Shown here in pieces: positions 27,117 to 36,015 of a stretch of DNA of 64,000 bases. Made by a program: the position numbers and the translations under genes. Location of the stretch: sequence record OQ921725.1, one strand, 5' to 3'. Every line of letters begins with the position of its first letter. Within the stretch, counting starts at the first letter, position 1. Below the pieces are notes generated by a model. It was not told where the DNA came from. It saw only the letters and a program-made list of their open reading frames with translations, and made no database searches.

Positions 27117-27463
27117 CAGTTGCTCAGATCCGCGATGATCCGGAAACCGATCGCGTTGACCGGCGGGATCTCGGCCTGTCGCAGGAAGCGCTGGATCTGA
27201 CCGCGCCAGACCGCCATCTGCTCCTCGGTGAAGTCGGCCATGTCGACCGGGTGCGGCTTCAGCGGCTCGGCGCTCTCGCAGTACGTGGTGATGAACAGCT
27301 CCTGGCTGGCGTAGCTGCCCGCCTCCAGGTAGCCGAGGTCGGCCCCGGTCTCCGCGTTGTACTTCCGCAGGGCGCCCTTCTCTTCCAGGAGTTCCTTGAA
27401 GTGGCTGCCGACCTTCACACAGAAGGCCAGGTAACCCCTCGCGTACTGCCTCACGAAATCCAC
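27116..27463 (-). CDS. Hypothetical protein
   Basis: RBS AAGAGGA and GTG start. Confidence 0.55.
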   Translation of the reverse strand: MDFVRQYARGYLAFCVKVGSHFKELLEEKGALRKYNAETGADLGYLEAGSYASQELFITTYCESAEPLKPHPVDMADFTEEQMAVWRGQIQRFLRQAEIPPVNAIGFRIIADLSN

Positions 27464-27951
27464 TCCTCTTGGCGGGGTGCGATGTTCAGGATCTGGGCGC
27501 TCGTGCAGGGCCAGGAAACGCGGCGGCCCATGCGGTAGAACTCGTCGGAACCGGTGTCCTGGTTGCGGACCTTGACCCACTTCCAGTCGACACAGCGGGC
27601 GCAGACCTTCCGGCTCACGTTGGCCCGGTTCGCGCCGTACTCGTCGGTGGGCCGGTGCCCGAAGTCGTTGTCGGCGACGAGCTGAACCGCGATCTCCTGG
27701 AAGCGCGGGTAACAGACGGCGCAGGGCTCCAGGTCGCGGATCGCGGCCAGGTCGATCGAGATCGCCTCGGCGGCCGGAGGCTTGTCCCCGGCACAGCCGC
27801 AGTACGGGTCGCCGCATCGGCAGGCGAAGATCATGTGGCCAGCCCCACGGGCCCGGCACTCGGGGTCCTCGTGGAAACGCCTCGCCCTGCGGGAGACGTA
27901 GACCGTGTTGGATCCCTCGGTGAGCGACATCAGCGCGACGGCGAGCTTCAC
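27451..27951 (-). CDS. Cys/His metal-binding hypothetical protein
   Basis: RFHEDPEC...LEPCAVC...CARC...WPC. Confidence 0.55.
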   Translation of the reverse strand: MKLAVALMSLTEGSNTVYVSRRARRFHEDPECRARGAGHMIFACRCGDPYCGCAGDKPPAAEAISIDLAAIRDLEPCAVCYPRFQEIAVQLVADNDFGHRPTDEYGANRANVSRKVCARCVDWKWVKVRNQDTGSDEFYRMGRRVSWPCTSAQILNIAPRQEEWIS

Positions 27952-28241
27952 TTCTCGCCACCCTTCGCGGACTCTTTCGCCAGCTTCTCCTGGTGCGCCT
28001 TCTCGGCATCGATGTCGGCCTTCAGGTCCAGCCGCTCGTAGGTCATCCAGCGGCCGGTGTCCTTCTGCCACTCGTAGACCGTCACGCGGATGATCCGGCT
28101 GGAGCCCTCACGGATCAGCTCGCGCTCGCCGTTGATGCCCGCGTAGCAGGTGGACTTCGAACGGAACTTCTTCTCCGGGAGCGGCGCCGCCGCCGTGAAC
28201 GGCACGTACTTCCAGGTGTAGGTGGGCCTCTTCGTCGCCAC
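27948..28241 (-). CDS. Hypothetical protein
   Basis: RBS GAGAGGAG; GTGA overlap. Confidence 0.6.
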   Translation of the reverse strand: MATKRPTYTWKYVPFTAAAPLPEKKFRSKSTCYAGINGERELIREGSSRIIRVTVYEWQKDTGRWMTYERLDLKADIDAEKAHQEKLAKESAKGGEK

Positions 28242-28268
28242 GTTCCTTCTCCTCTCCGATTCCGCCCG

Positions 28269-28433
28269 TCAGCCGGGCGGCTCTTCTCGCATCCGCGCCA
28301 TCAGCTCATCCAGCGAGCCGACCGGCGGGGTGCGGCCGTCCCCGAAGGTGACGACCCTCCATGCTCTGTACTGGTCGAGAGCCCACTGGCCGGGGTCAAC
28401 CCCTTCCGGTGGACCTTCTGCGTCCATGCACAT
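28269..28433 (-). CDS. Small hypothetical protein
   Basis: RBS GGGAGG. Confidence 0.4.
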   Translation of the reverse strand: MCMDAEGPPEGVDPGQWALDQYRAWRVVTFGDGRTPPVGSLDELMARMREEPPG

Positions 28434-28538
28434 GCGCTTCCTCCCTTCCACCCGGCGAGCCGGGCCGCATGGAGGATAGCGCACTGTTCGAATGGAACTT
28501 GCCTGTGAAACAGGAATGTTCGATATGCAGGTATCCGG

Positions 28539-28895
28539 TTACTGCGAGTTTGCGACGGCCGCAACCGCAACGGTCTTGCCCTCGGGCCCGACGTGGGGCG
28601 AGAGGAGCTTCACGAGAACCGGCATCTTCGGCTCGTTGCGGTGCATGGCCGCCCGGGTCTCCAGCAGTCCGGCCCCGCGCAGTGCCGCCACCTGCTTGAT
28701 GATCGTGGTGGCTCCGGCGTTGCGACCGGCGATGCCGGGGTGGAGCTGCATCAGCCCGTCCAGCGTCACCGGGAAGTACTCGTCCTCAGCACCCGCCTCT
28801 CGCGAGGCCGCGTCGAGGATCACGTAGAGCCGGAAGGCGCCGTGCGGGACGTTCGGGGTCAGGGCTGCCGCGAGGACGCGGTCGGTCGGCTGCAT
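28539..28895 (-). CDS. Winged-HTH DNA-binding protein, paralogue 1
   Basis: ALTPNVPHGAFRLYVIL...TIIKQVAALRGAGLL. Confidence 0.6.
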   Translation of the reverse strand: MQPTDRVLAAALTPNVPHGAFRLYVILDAASREAGAEDEYFPVTLDGLMQLHPGIAGRNAGATTIIKQVAALRGAGLLETRAAMHRNEPKMPVLVKLLSPHVGPEGKTVAVAAVANSQ

Positions 28896-28951
28896 GTGCT
28901 TCTCCTTTCCGAGAACCACAGTACACCCTTTTCCACCGTCGAGCGCAAGGC

Positions 28952-29389
28952 TTAGCGAGAAGAACGAATCCAGCCAGGCTTGTCCAGCAGGGCTTGCTTG
29001 ACCTGCTTCAGGGTCGATTCGGGATCCTTGCGCAGCTCCAGAAGCCGAAGGTGCAGCTCGGCCTTCGACCACTGAGGACCGATGATCTCGATCAGGCCCT
29101 CTTCTTGCAGCTCGCGTAGTGCATCCCGGAAGGCGGTCTCCCCGAGTGGCTTACCTCGAACTCCAGGAACCAGCTCCTTCAGCAGAGGAACAGAGGTGGC
29201 TGTGGTTCGCTCGCGGTTGATCTCGCCATTCAGCAAGAAGGCCAGAGCGGCATACACCCGAAACGAGTTGTGAGTCAGGTTGCGGTTCACGAGAGCGTCG
29301 CAGATGCGCGCTTCGACAGGGTTCACGATCTCCTCCTTTACCGAGAACTCTATCAGATTTCCGTGAGCATCACGTACCTCCTTCACCAC
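28952..29389 (-). CDS. Winged-HTH DNA-binding protein, paralogue 2
   Basis: ALVNRNLTHNSFRVYAAL...AFRDALRELQEEGLI. Confidence 0.65.
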   Translation of the reverse strand: MVKEVRDAHGNLIEFSVKEEIVNPVEARICDALVNRNLTHNSFRVYAALAFLLNGEINRERTTATSVPLLKELVPGVRGKPLGETAFRDALRELQEEGLIEIIGPQWSKAELHLRLLELRKDPESTLKQVKQALLDKPGWIRSSR

Positions 29390-30160
29390 GAAGCCGCCTG
29401 CGCCCGCCTGACGGCCTCAGCCACCCACCGACCGCCGCAGGGCCGCACCGACCCCTACGCGCGCCCTGGAGCGCCGCCCAGCCGCCTTCCGGGCCTCACC
29501 CTGCCGACCGCCTCAGCCACCAGATCTTTTTGGAGCGAAGCGACTCCTCCGTCCTCCCGCCGCCAGGCCGGGCGCCAGCCCGGATGGCGGGCCCTTGCCT
29601 ACAGGTACAGACAGGAGAGAGGAGGATGTTTCTGTTCTTAAAGAGTGGGTGGTTCCGCAGGTCAGGGCATAAGTCGGGGGTTCGATGCTCTCGTTTTTCC
29701 GGACGACTGGCAGCCAAAGTTAATCGCTATGAATGGCTACGAATCGGACACTACATACCCCTCCCTGCCCCCGGACTGCCAGGGTCCAATGTCGACATTG
29801 AAGCCCCTGCTCGCCCGACGCCCGCTACACCATCTGACCTGCGCATATGTGCACGCAGTGATGACTCCCCCTTGGCAGATTCGGGATACCCCTCAACTTC
29901 CAAGTCAGATTCGGTCCCCGAACCAAATGAAACCGCAGGTCAGGGGAGTCATACCCTCGACGGGTATTAATTCGGACTTATTGGCAATAAACTCCTCAAC
30001 TCGGGCCGCCCTTGTTGGTGGCATGTCAAGTTGACCGTCTGGACCACCCGTCGAATCAGGACATCCTGGGAGGATCTTCGTACCTTCGAAGGCTGTCGAC
30101 AGCGGGCTGACCATGGAGGTGGCGCCCCGTACGATCAGGGACAACAGACCCGGGAGGTGG
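29390..30160. promoter_or_regulatory. Non-coding divergent control region or candidate origin
   Basis: About 770 bp with no credible ORF between divergent operons; CGCAGGTCA x3; GCCTCAGCCACC x2 (29414, 29510); AT-rich patch near 29965-29990. Confidence 0.55.
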
Positions 30161-30163
30161 CTG

Positions 30164-30652
30164 ATGGCAGCCGTAGGAACGACCGCTTCGCAGGACGTGT
30201 ACCCGCCGGATTTCGGATCCGTGATCGGTCAGATCCGCGCCCTCGTGCCGGACGTCGAGCAGGTCGACTACTCGGACTCCGGCATCGCGGAGTACATGTT
30301 CAGTGACGCCCACCTGCGCGGGCTGTACACGATCGCCATCGGGGAGGGGTCGGCGAGGATCTACCGGGCGGCGGCATCGGCTCTTCGGGCGCTCGCCGTT
30401 TCCGAAGGTCTGATCCAGAAGGTCATCCGTACCGAAGACCTTCAGACCGACGGCGCGAAGCTGGCCGGTGCCCTGCTCGCCGGAGCGAAGCAGCTCGAAG
30501 ACCGGGCGGATGCGGCCGACGAGGATTCCGAGATCATGATGATCGTGGACTTCCAGCCGGTGCCGCAGGACGGCTTCCCCTTCGCTCTGCACGGTTTCCC
30601 GCAGGGATGGATGGTGGGAATCGGCGGCTCTACTCTCGCGCGCTGGCTGTGA
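30164..30652 (+). CDS. Head-to-tail adaptor
   Basis: GQIRALVPD...MFSDAHL...AAASALRALA...TEDLQTDGAKLA. Confidence 0.8.
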   Translation: MAAVGTTASQDVYPPDFGSVIGQIRALVPDVEQVDYSDSGIAEYMFSDAHLRGLYTIAIGEGSARIYRAAASALRALAVSEGLIQKVIRTEDLQTDGAKLAGALLAGAKQLEDRADAADEDSEIMMIVDFQPVPQDGFPFALHGFPQGWMVGIGGSTLARWL

Positions 30653-30724
30653 CAAGGGAGATCCGGGATTCGGGTGAAGATTCCCTGAACTTGGATCCTA
30701 CTGGCGCGTAGGCGGGTAGCTTCC

Positions 30725-30943
30725 ATGGATCCAGCTTCTGGGAGAGCAGGGACCATGGAAAAGAAGGAATACGAGCCGCCGATCACCGTCTCCGAGGGAG
30801 GTGGAAAGATCACCATCTCCTACGATCAGACCGAGGTCTCCATCCCTGAGAACGGACCGGTACCCAGCGGCACCCCACCCCTCGCCTGCCGCATCTTCAA
30901 CGCGCTGAAGTGCGATCTTCCGGGGCGTCTGCGTGCAGAATAG
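30725..30943 (+). CDS. Small hypothetical protein
   Basis: 72-aa ORF between connector genes. Confidence 0.45.
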   Translation: MDPASGRAGTMEKKEYEPPITVSEGGGKITISYDQTEVSIPENGPVPSGTPPLACRIFNALKCDLPGRLRAE

Positions 30944-30948
30944 GCCCC

Positions 30949-31518
30949 ATGGCCTCACTCAACAGGCGCAGCGCCCTGGATCCCCGCTGGCAACTGCACC
31001 AGCGGTCGGTTCCTCGCGGCCACATGAACGCGGCGGTGGAGATCTTTCGCAGGCCGTCGCAGGGTGGCGAGTACGGCTTCGACCCCATCTCCGGCGGCCT
31101 GACGATTCCCGATGGGCAGGGTGGAGAGAAGTTCCCTGAGCTGATCCTGCTCTACCGGGGTCCGGGCCGCATCGCGAACAACAAGGACTGGCGTGCCCGG
31201 GTCAGGACCCAGCGCGGCGACATGGGTACGGACCACGCGATCCGCGTCCAGGTGCCGATCCGTACGTGCCCCCCGGTCCATGCCAACGATCTGGTGCGCG
31301 CCCTCGAACCGGACCCGAACGATCCGGAACTCGGTCATCTGGTCCTCGGAGATCCGGAACTGGTCCATTACCTTTTCCACGTACGCAACCCGCTCATGTC
31401 CTCGAACGCATGGCTGAGGAATGTCCTCTGTGACGTGGACGCGGCGCACCCGCAGACGCTGCCGCCACCTTTCACCATGGAGGTCACCACCTTGAGCAAC
31501 GGGGTGATGGGTCCTTGA
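30949..31518 (+). CDS. Head-to-tail stopper (head closure protein)
   Basis: Position after the adaptor; LYRGPGRI...VQVPI...NDLVR pattern. Confidence 0.65.
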   Translation: MASLNRRSALDPRWQLHQRSVPRGHMNAAVEIFRRPSQGGEYGFDPISGGLTIPDGQGGEKFPELILLYRGPGRIANNKDWRARVRTQRGDMGTDHAIRVQVPIRTCPPVHANDLVRALEPDPNDPELGHLVLGDPELVHYLFHVRNPLMSSNAWLRNVLCDVDAAHPQTLPPPFTMEVTTLSNGVMGP

Positions 31519-31537
31519 CCAGGGGAGAGGTAGCCAC

Positions 31538-32452
31538 GTGGGCCTGAAGATTGCGCTGCTCAGCCGGGACAATGGCGTGGGTCTGTCGCTGGATACCGCA
31601 CTGCTCACCGAGCTTTTCGAGTCGGCTGGGCATGAGGTCGAATTCCACGACTGGCAGGCCAAGGAGATGCCCAGGACGGACGTCGCCTTTCACCTGGAGC
31701 TGGTCAGCCGGAATCTCGCTCAGTTCGCCGACAAGAACATCGCCATTCTGAATTTGGAATGGTATCCACGGGAGTGGATGAAGTACCTTCCGGCGTTCGA
31801 CCAGATCTGGGCGAAAAGCCACTACGCCCTGCGGTTCTGTCGCAACCGGGGAGGCAAGAACGTCCAGCTCACGGGCTTTCTGGGGACGGATCTCCATGAC
31901 CCTGACGTGAAGCGCGAGCTGAAGTGCATGCACCTGCGCGGCAGGTCCGGCATGAAGGGCACCGAGCAGGTGATCGGGGCCTGGCAGAAGGACTCCACGT
32001 TGCCCCCGCTTACGATCATCTCGAAGGACGAGGTGCACATTCCCGCCGGACTGGAGGACCGCATCACGGTCGTCCTGTCGCCTTCCGACGAGGAGCGCAA
32101 CCGGCTGATGAACGAGGCGCAGATCCACGTCTGCCCTTCCATCGCCGAGGGGTGGGGCCACTACATCACCGAGGCCATGTCGGTGGGGGCGATCGTGGTG
32201 ACGACCGACGCGTCCCCGATGAACGAGCACATCAGACCGGAGTGGGGCTACCTCGTCGGGGTGACCAGCACGCGCAATCACCACCAGGCGATCCTCACGT
32301 ACACCTCCCCGACGCTGATCGCCGAGGCGGTCCGGCGGGCCGCTGCTCTCACGCCGGAGCGTCGCGAGCAGATCGGGAACGAGGCACGCGCCCGCTTCCT
32401 GAAGCGCAATGCAGAGTTCAGGGAAATCGCACTGAGGCTGGTGGAGCGGTGA
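31538..32452 (+). CDS. GT-B fold glycosyltransferase (GT4-like)
   Basis: HVCPSIAEGWGHYITEAMSVGAIVVTTD (Ex7E motif). Confidence 0.9.
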   Translation: MGLKIALLSRDNGVGLSLDTALLTELFESAGHEVEFHDWQAKEMPRTDVAFHLELVSRNLAQFADKNIAILNLEWYPREWMKYLPAFDQIWAKSHYALRFCRNRGGKNVQLTGFLGTDLHDPDVKRELKCMHLRGRSGMKGTEQVIGAWQKDSTLPPLTIISKDEVHIPAGLEDRITVVLSPSDEERNRLMNEAQIHVCPSIAEGWGHYITEAMSVGAIVVTTDASPMNEHIRPEWGYLVGVTSTRNHHQAILTYTSPTLIAEAVRRAAALTPERREQIGNEARARFLKRNAEFREIALRLVER

Positions 32453-33279
32453 AGCACACGGTTCTGGTTCCGGCGTGGCGCAGGCCCGACATGCTCCACG
32501 CCTGCCTCACCAGGCTGGCCAAGGCGGCGGCCGGATACAACGTTCGGGTGGTGGTCACGCTCGACCGGAAGGGAACTCTCGAATGCCGCCAGGTGGCCGA
32601 GTCCTTTTCCACGTCGTTCTCTGAGATATTCCTGCGCGTGATGCACCACCATCAGTTCCACGGGAATTCCTACAACGTGCTGTCGGGCCTCAAGGATGCC
32701 CTGGCGATCGAGGCCGATCTGATTCACGTGGTCGAGGACGACATCATGGTCTCACTCGGCTACTTCGCGTACCACGAGGCCGCTCACGCGGCTGCCCCTG
32801 ACGCCTTCTCGGTGAGCGCGTGCCGGAACCAGAACCTGACAGGCGAACCCCCGGCGGCGGCGTACCGGCATCCGTCCTACCAGTCGCTGGGCGTGTCCTT
32901 CCGCCCGGCGGTGGCACGCAAGGCGGTCGAGCACAACAAGCCGGTCTACTACGGCGATATGGTCGGGTACTGCCGCCGGACCTTCCCCGGCAGCCGGATC
33001 CCGCCGGGACATGCCGAGCAGGACGGGCTGTTCAACCGCATCCGAGAGCGCGAGCGCGGTGTGACGGTGTACCCGGCACAGCCCCGGGCTTTCCATGCCG
33101 GGTTCTACGGGTACAACCGGACCGGCCGGAAACTCTCGGGCTCGATCGAGCGCCGGTCGGAGAAGATCCTCTCGATGACCTCGGAAGAGATGAACGCGAT
33201 GGCGGGCCTGATGAAGGACCATGAGGTCATCGACCTGGATGAGAATCTGCCGGTCGACGAGGTGAGGGAGGCCCTGTAA
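32449..33279 (+). CDS. GT-A fold glycosyltransferase (GT2-like)
   Basis: TVLVPAWRRPDMLHACL; IHVVEDDIMV (DxD-like); GTGA-coupled to the GT-B gene. Confidence 0.8.
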   Translation: MKHTVLVPAWRRPDMLHACLTRLAKAAAGYNVRVVVTLDRKGTLECRQVAESFSTSFSEIFLRVMHHHQFHGNSYNVLSGLKDALAIEADLIHVVEDDIMVSLGYFAYHEAAHAAAPDAFSVSACRNQNLTGEPPAAAYRHPSYQSLGVSFRPAVARKAVEHNKPVYYGDMVGYCRRTFPGSRIPPGHAEQDGLFNRIRERERGVTVYPAQPRAFHAGFYGYNRTGRKLSGSIERRSEKILSMTSEEMNAMAGLMKDHEVIDLDENLPVDEVREAL

Positions 33280-33686
33280 TGGCGTATATCGGGATCAAGT
33301 ACAACTACCGGTTCGGCGGCGCGCAGCGGTACTACGGCGGCGGCTCGCCGAACGGCGCCTTTGACATCGGGCTCTCCGCGTTCGTCATCGACCACCTGAA
33401 CAAGTCGAGGCAGAAGCTCGTTCTGGAGATGTCGAACGCCCGGCGCCGGGGCGAGGGTCTGGTGCGGGCGAAGTCGCGCGTGGACACCGGCCGGATGAAG
33501 TCCTCGGTCACTGGTACCGGCGACTTCGGTACGGACATCCTGAAGATCAGCTTCGGATGGGAGCAGAACAACCCGTACTACGCCCCGTTCCAGGAGTTCG
33601 GTACCCGCAACGGCATCACGCCGATGATGGCCGTGCTCGACGCCTTCAACCAGGTGACGGCAGAACTCCAGGCGCGGCTCAAGTGA
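33279..33686 (+). CDS. HK97 gp10-like neck / tail completion protein
   Basis: SRVDTGRMKSSV...YAPFQEFGT...PMM; TAATG coupling. Confidence 0.8.
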   Translation: MAYIGIKYNYRFGGAQRYYGGGSPNGAFDIGLSAFVIDHLNKSRQKLVLEMSNARRRGEGLVRAKSRVDTGRMKSSVTGTGDFGTDILKISFGWEQNNPYYAPFQEFGTRNGITPMMAVLDAFNQVTAELQARLK

Positions 33687-33717
33687 CTCCGGATCCACGC
33701 CCTGAAGGGGGTGAACG

Positions 33718-34203
33718 ATGACCTCCCTGCTGGACTGGCAGCTCGCCATCTACAACCGGCTCGACACCGGACTGCCGAACACACCTGTTTTCCTGGAAGG
33801 CGTTCCTGAGAACACCGACGTCATCAAGGACCCCTCGGGCTTCTACAAGCCGAGCGTCATCCTCTGGTTCGGCCAGGCATTCGACATCTCCGGATTCGGA
33901 GGCCGCCTCTCCGTCGCTGACCTCTGCGGAATTTCCGGAGAAGACAAGGGCATCACGAAGAAGGCCGGGTTCATCGTCGAATCCGTTGCGCCATCCGGTC
34001 TTTCGCTGCTTCAGCTCGCCCAGGCGTGCCGGGATCTGCTGGTTGGATACACGCCCGCAGACCAGGGTGAGATCAGTGAAGCCGGATCGGGAACGGTGCG
34101 CGATCCGTACCCGGTTGGTGTCGGCGACACGCTGCGTTTCTACCTGGCGATCGGGTTCCAGGGTGTCGTGAATGTCAGCCAGCACACCGGAACCGGTTCG
34201 TGA
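33718..34203 (+). CDS. Tail terminator
   Basis: Position between the neck protein and major tail protein. Confidence 0.65.
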   Translation: MTSLLDWQLAIYNRLDTGLPNTPVFLEGVPENTDVIKDPSGFYKPSVILWFGQAFDISGFGGRLSVADLCGISGEDKGITKKAGFIVESVAPSGLSLLQLAQACRDLLVGYTPADQGEISEAGSGTVRDPYPVGVGDTLRFYLAIGFQGVVNVSQHTGTGS

Positions 34204-34295
34204 AGAATTCGCTTCGGGCGCCCAGCGTCCCAGGCAGGGGCTTTCGCGGTTAGACTCCGGTCAGGCACGATCATGCCTTCCGGCCGGAGGTACGA

Positions 34296-34862
34296 ATGGC
34301 AGCAGTGAAGAGCCTCCCCCCGTCGCTCACCATCTGGTGGGTCGACGAATCGGACCAGACGTCCGAGGGGTACGAGGGCACGTACGGCGAGGGTTTCGCG
34401 GACATCGACCACCCGACCGCCGCAGAGATCAACGCGGGTCTGAACATCTCGTGCGCACTGACCACCGACATCACGCTCGGCTGGACGGACCGCGACACGG
34501 ACGACACGCGTGGCCTCTGTGACGACTCGAACGTGGCGACCCCGACCGCGAAGAACTACGAAGGCCAGCTCAACGTCTTCCTGGACCGCGACCCGAACAA
34601 GCTCGACCCGTCGATCTACAACGACGTGATGCGCCTGTTCAAGAAGCCCCTCCGTTCGGGGTTCCTGGTCCAGCGGATCTCGAAGCACCCCGTTCGTGAC
34701 CCGAACGCGGTGGACGACGACTGGGTCACGGTCTTCAAGTTCCTCTCCGGTGACCCCAACGTCATCAACGACGCGACCGCCCCCCTTCAGCTTCAGCCGA
34801 CCATGTACGCCCAGGGCCAGTCCTCGGACGGCCTTGTGCAGGTCGGCAGCACCGCGAGCTGA
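34296..34862 (+). CDS. Major tail (tube) protein
   Basis: PTAAEINAGLNISCAL...TRGLCD...YEGQL; highly biased codons. Confidence 0.85.
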   Translation: MAAVKSLPPSLTIWWVDESDQTSEGYEGTYGEGFADIDHPTAAEINAGLNISCALTTDITLGWTDRDTDDTRGLCDDSNVATPTAKNYEGQLNVFLDRDPNKLDPSIYNDVMRLFKKPLRSGFLVQRISKHPVRDPNAVDDDWVTVFKFLSGDPNVINDATAPLQLQPTMYAQGQSSDGLVQVGSTAS

Positions 34863-34888
34863 CAACCCGTACGACCGAAGGAACGGAC

Positions 34889-35689
34889 ATGGCGCAGGAC
34901 ATTGCGGAGCCGGGCAACCCGGAGCCCGGCCCCGACAACTTCAGCTTCGAGGACTACCTGGAGGGGAACTCCACGTTCCCCGTGTTCGAGCACACCGCCT
35001 TCCTGGACCAGCGCAGCGGCTCCGAACTCGGTGGCGTGCTCGAAGAACTGGAAGGTCTGGTCGAGAGCCTGGAGCGCGTCGAGAAGGACATCCGCAAGCG
35101 CACCGAGACCTCCGCGAACTCCTTCGTGGACTCGGTGCTGGATGCCCTTCAGGAGGAGCGCACCGAGCTGGAGGAGAAGATCGACAAGCTCTCCGAGCGG
35201 GTCGAGGAACTGAAGACGAAGATCGTGAAGTCGGGCATCACGCTCGTCTTTCAGGTCAAGACGCCGGAGGAGCTGGGGACGGTCACCCGTGAGGCGACCC
35301 GCCAGTTCCACAAGGAGAACCCGCACTACAAGGACGCGAGCGAGAACGACCTCGACTACATCACGGCCCGCAGCCGGTACACGCTGACCGCGCAGATCTC
35401 GCACTTCTGCACGGAGATCAAGCTGCCCGACGGCCGCGTGGTGCCGCCGCCGAACCGCAGCGGCGCCGACCTGCTCCTGAAGAAGCTCATCGCCTCCGAG
35501 ACGATGCGCCTGATGGAGTCCGTGGGCACCGGCCTGTCGGCCTCGCGCGACTGGGCCGACAAGCTCGATGCCGGGTTTCCTGGCGGAAGCTCTCACCTGG
35601 AAGAAATCGGCATGGGTGCGACCGCTGTTGAAGACGGCGAGATCGTGGTCCGTGCCCCCGCTGACCATGCTGACGGGACAGCCCTCTGA
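34889..35689 (+). CDS. Tail assembly chaperone (G product)
   Basis: Between the major tail and tape measure genes; acidic and coiled-coil. Confidence 0.8.
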   Translation: MAQDIAEPGNPEPGPDNFSFEDYLEGNSTFPVFEHTAFLDQRSGSELGGVLEELEGLVESLERVEKDIRKRTETSANSFVDSVLDALQEERTELEEKIDKLSERVEELKTKIVKSGITLVFQVKTPEELGTVTREATRQFHKENPHYKDASENDLDYITARSRYTLTAQISHFCTEIKLPDGRVVPPPNRSGADLLLKKLIASETMRLMESVGTGLSASRDWADKLDAGFPGGSSHLEEIGMGATAVEDGEIVVRAPADHADGTAL

Positions 35690-36002
35690 GTGGTCCGACG
35701 AGCGCAACCGCAAGCTGGCCATGGCCCTGACGATCCTGGAGGAGGAGACGTGCAAGTCCTGCGGCACTCCTGCCTGGATCGGAATGTCGACGAACAACGA
35801 GATCGTCTTCGACCTGAAGGGCGCCGTCTGCTACGGCTGCGCGGAGATCGAGAAGGACCGCGAGGACAGCGAGAAGCGGCGCGGGAAGATCCGCCAGAAG
35901 GGGGAGACCCGTTACGTCTCTGCACGTAACGTATGGGGCGCGGATACTCCGCTCCCCTCCCGGGCGCACTCCTACCAGCACGACATGCCGGACGGCGACT
36001 GA
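35568..36002 (+). CDS. Tail assembly chaperone, frameshifted T segment
   Basis: Overlaps the G gene in the +1 frame with no RBS; WSDERNRKLA...EETCKSCGTPAW. Confidence 0.75.
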   Translation: MPGFLAEALTWKKSAWVRPLLKTARSWSVPPLTMLTGQPSEWSDERNRKLAMALTILEEETCKSCGTPAWIGMSTNNEIVFDLKGAVCYGCAEIEKDREDSEKRRGKIRQKGETRYVSARNVWGADTPLPSRAHSYQHDMPDGD

Positions 36003-36015
36003 AGCGGAGGTCTAG

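Noticed and set aside
35690-35929. ORF starting right after the chaperone G stop as a separate gene
   Set aside because: Arg-rich shadow frame; the conserved CxxC-containing chaperone T sequence is in the 35568-36002 frame
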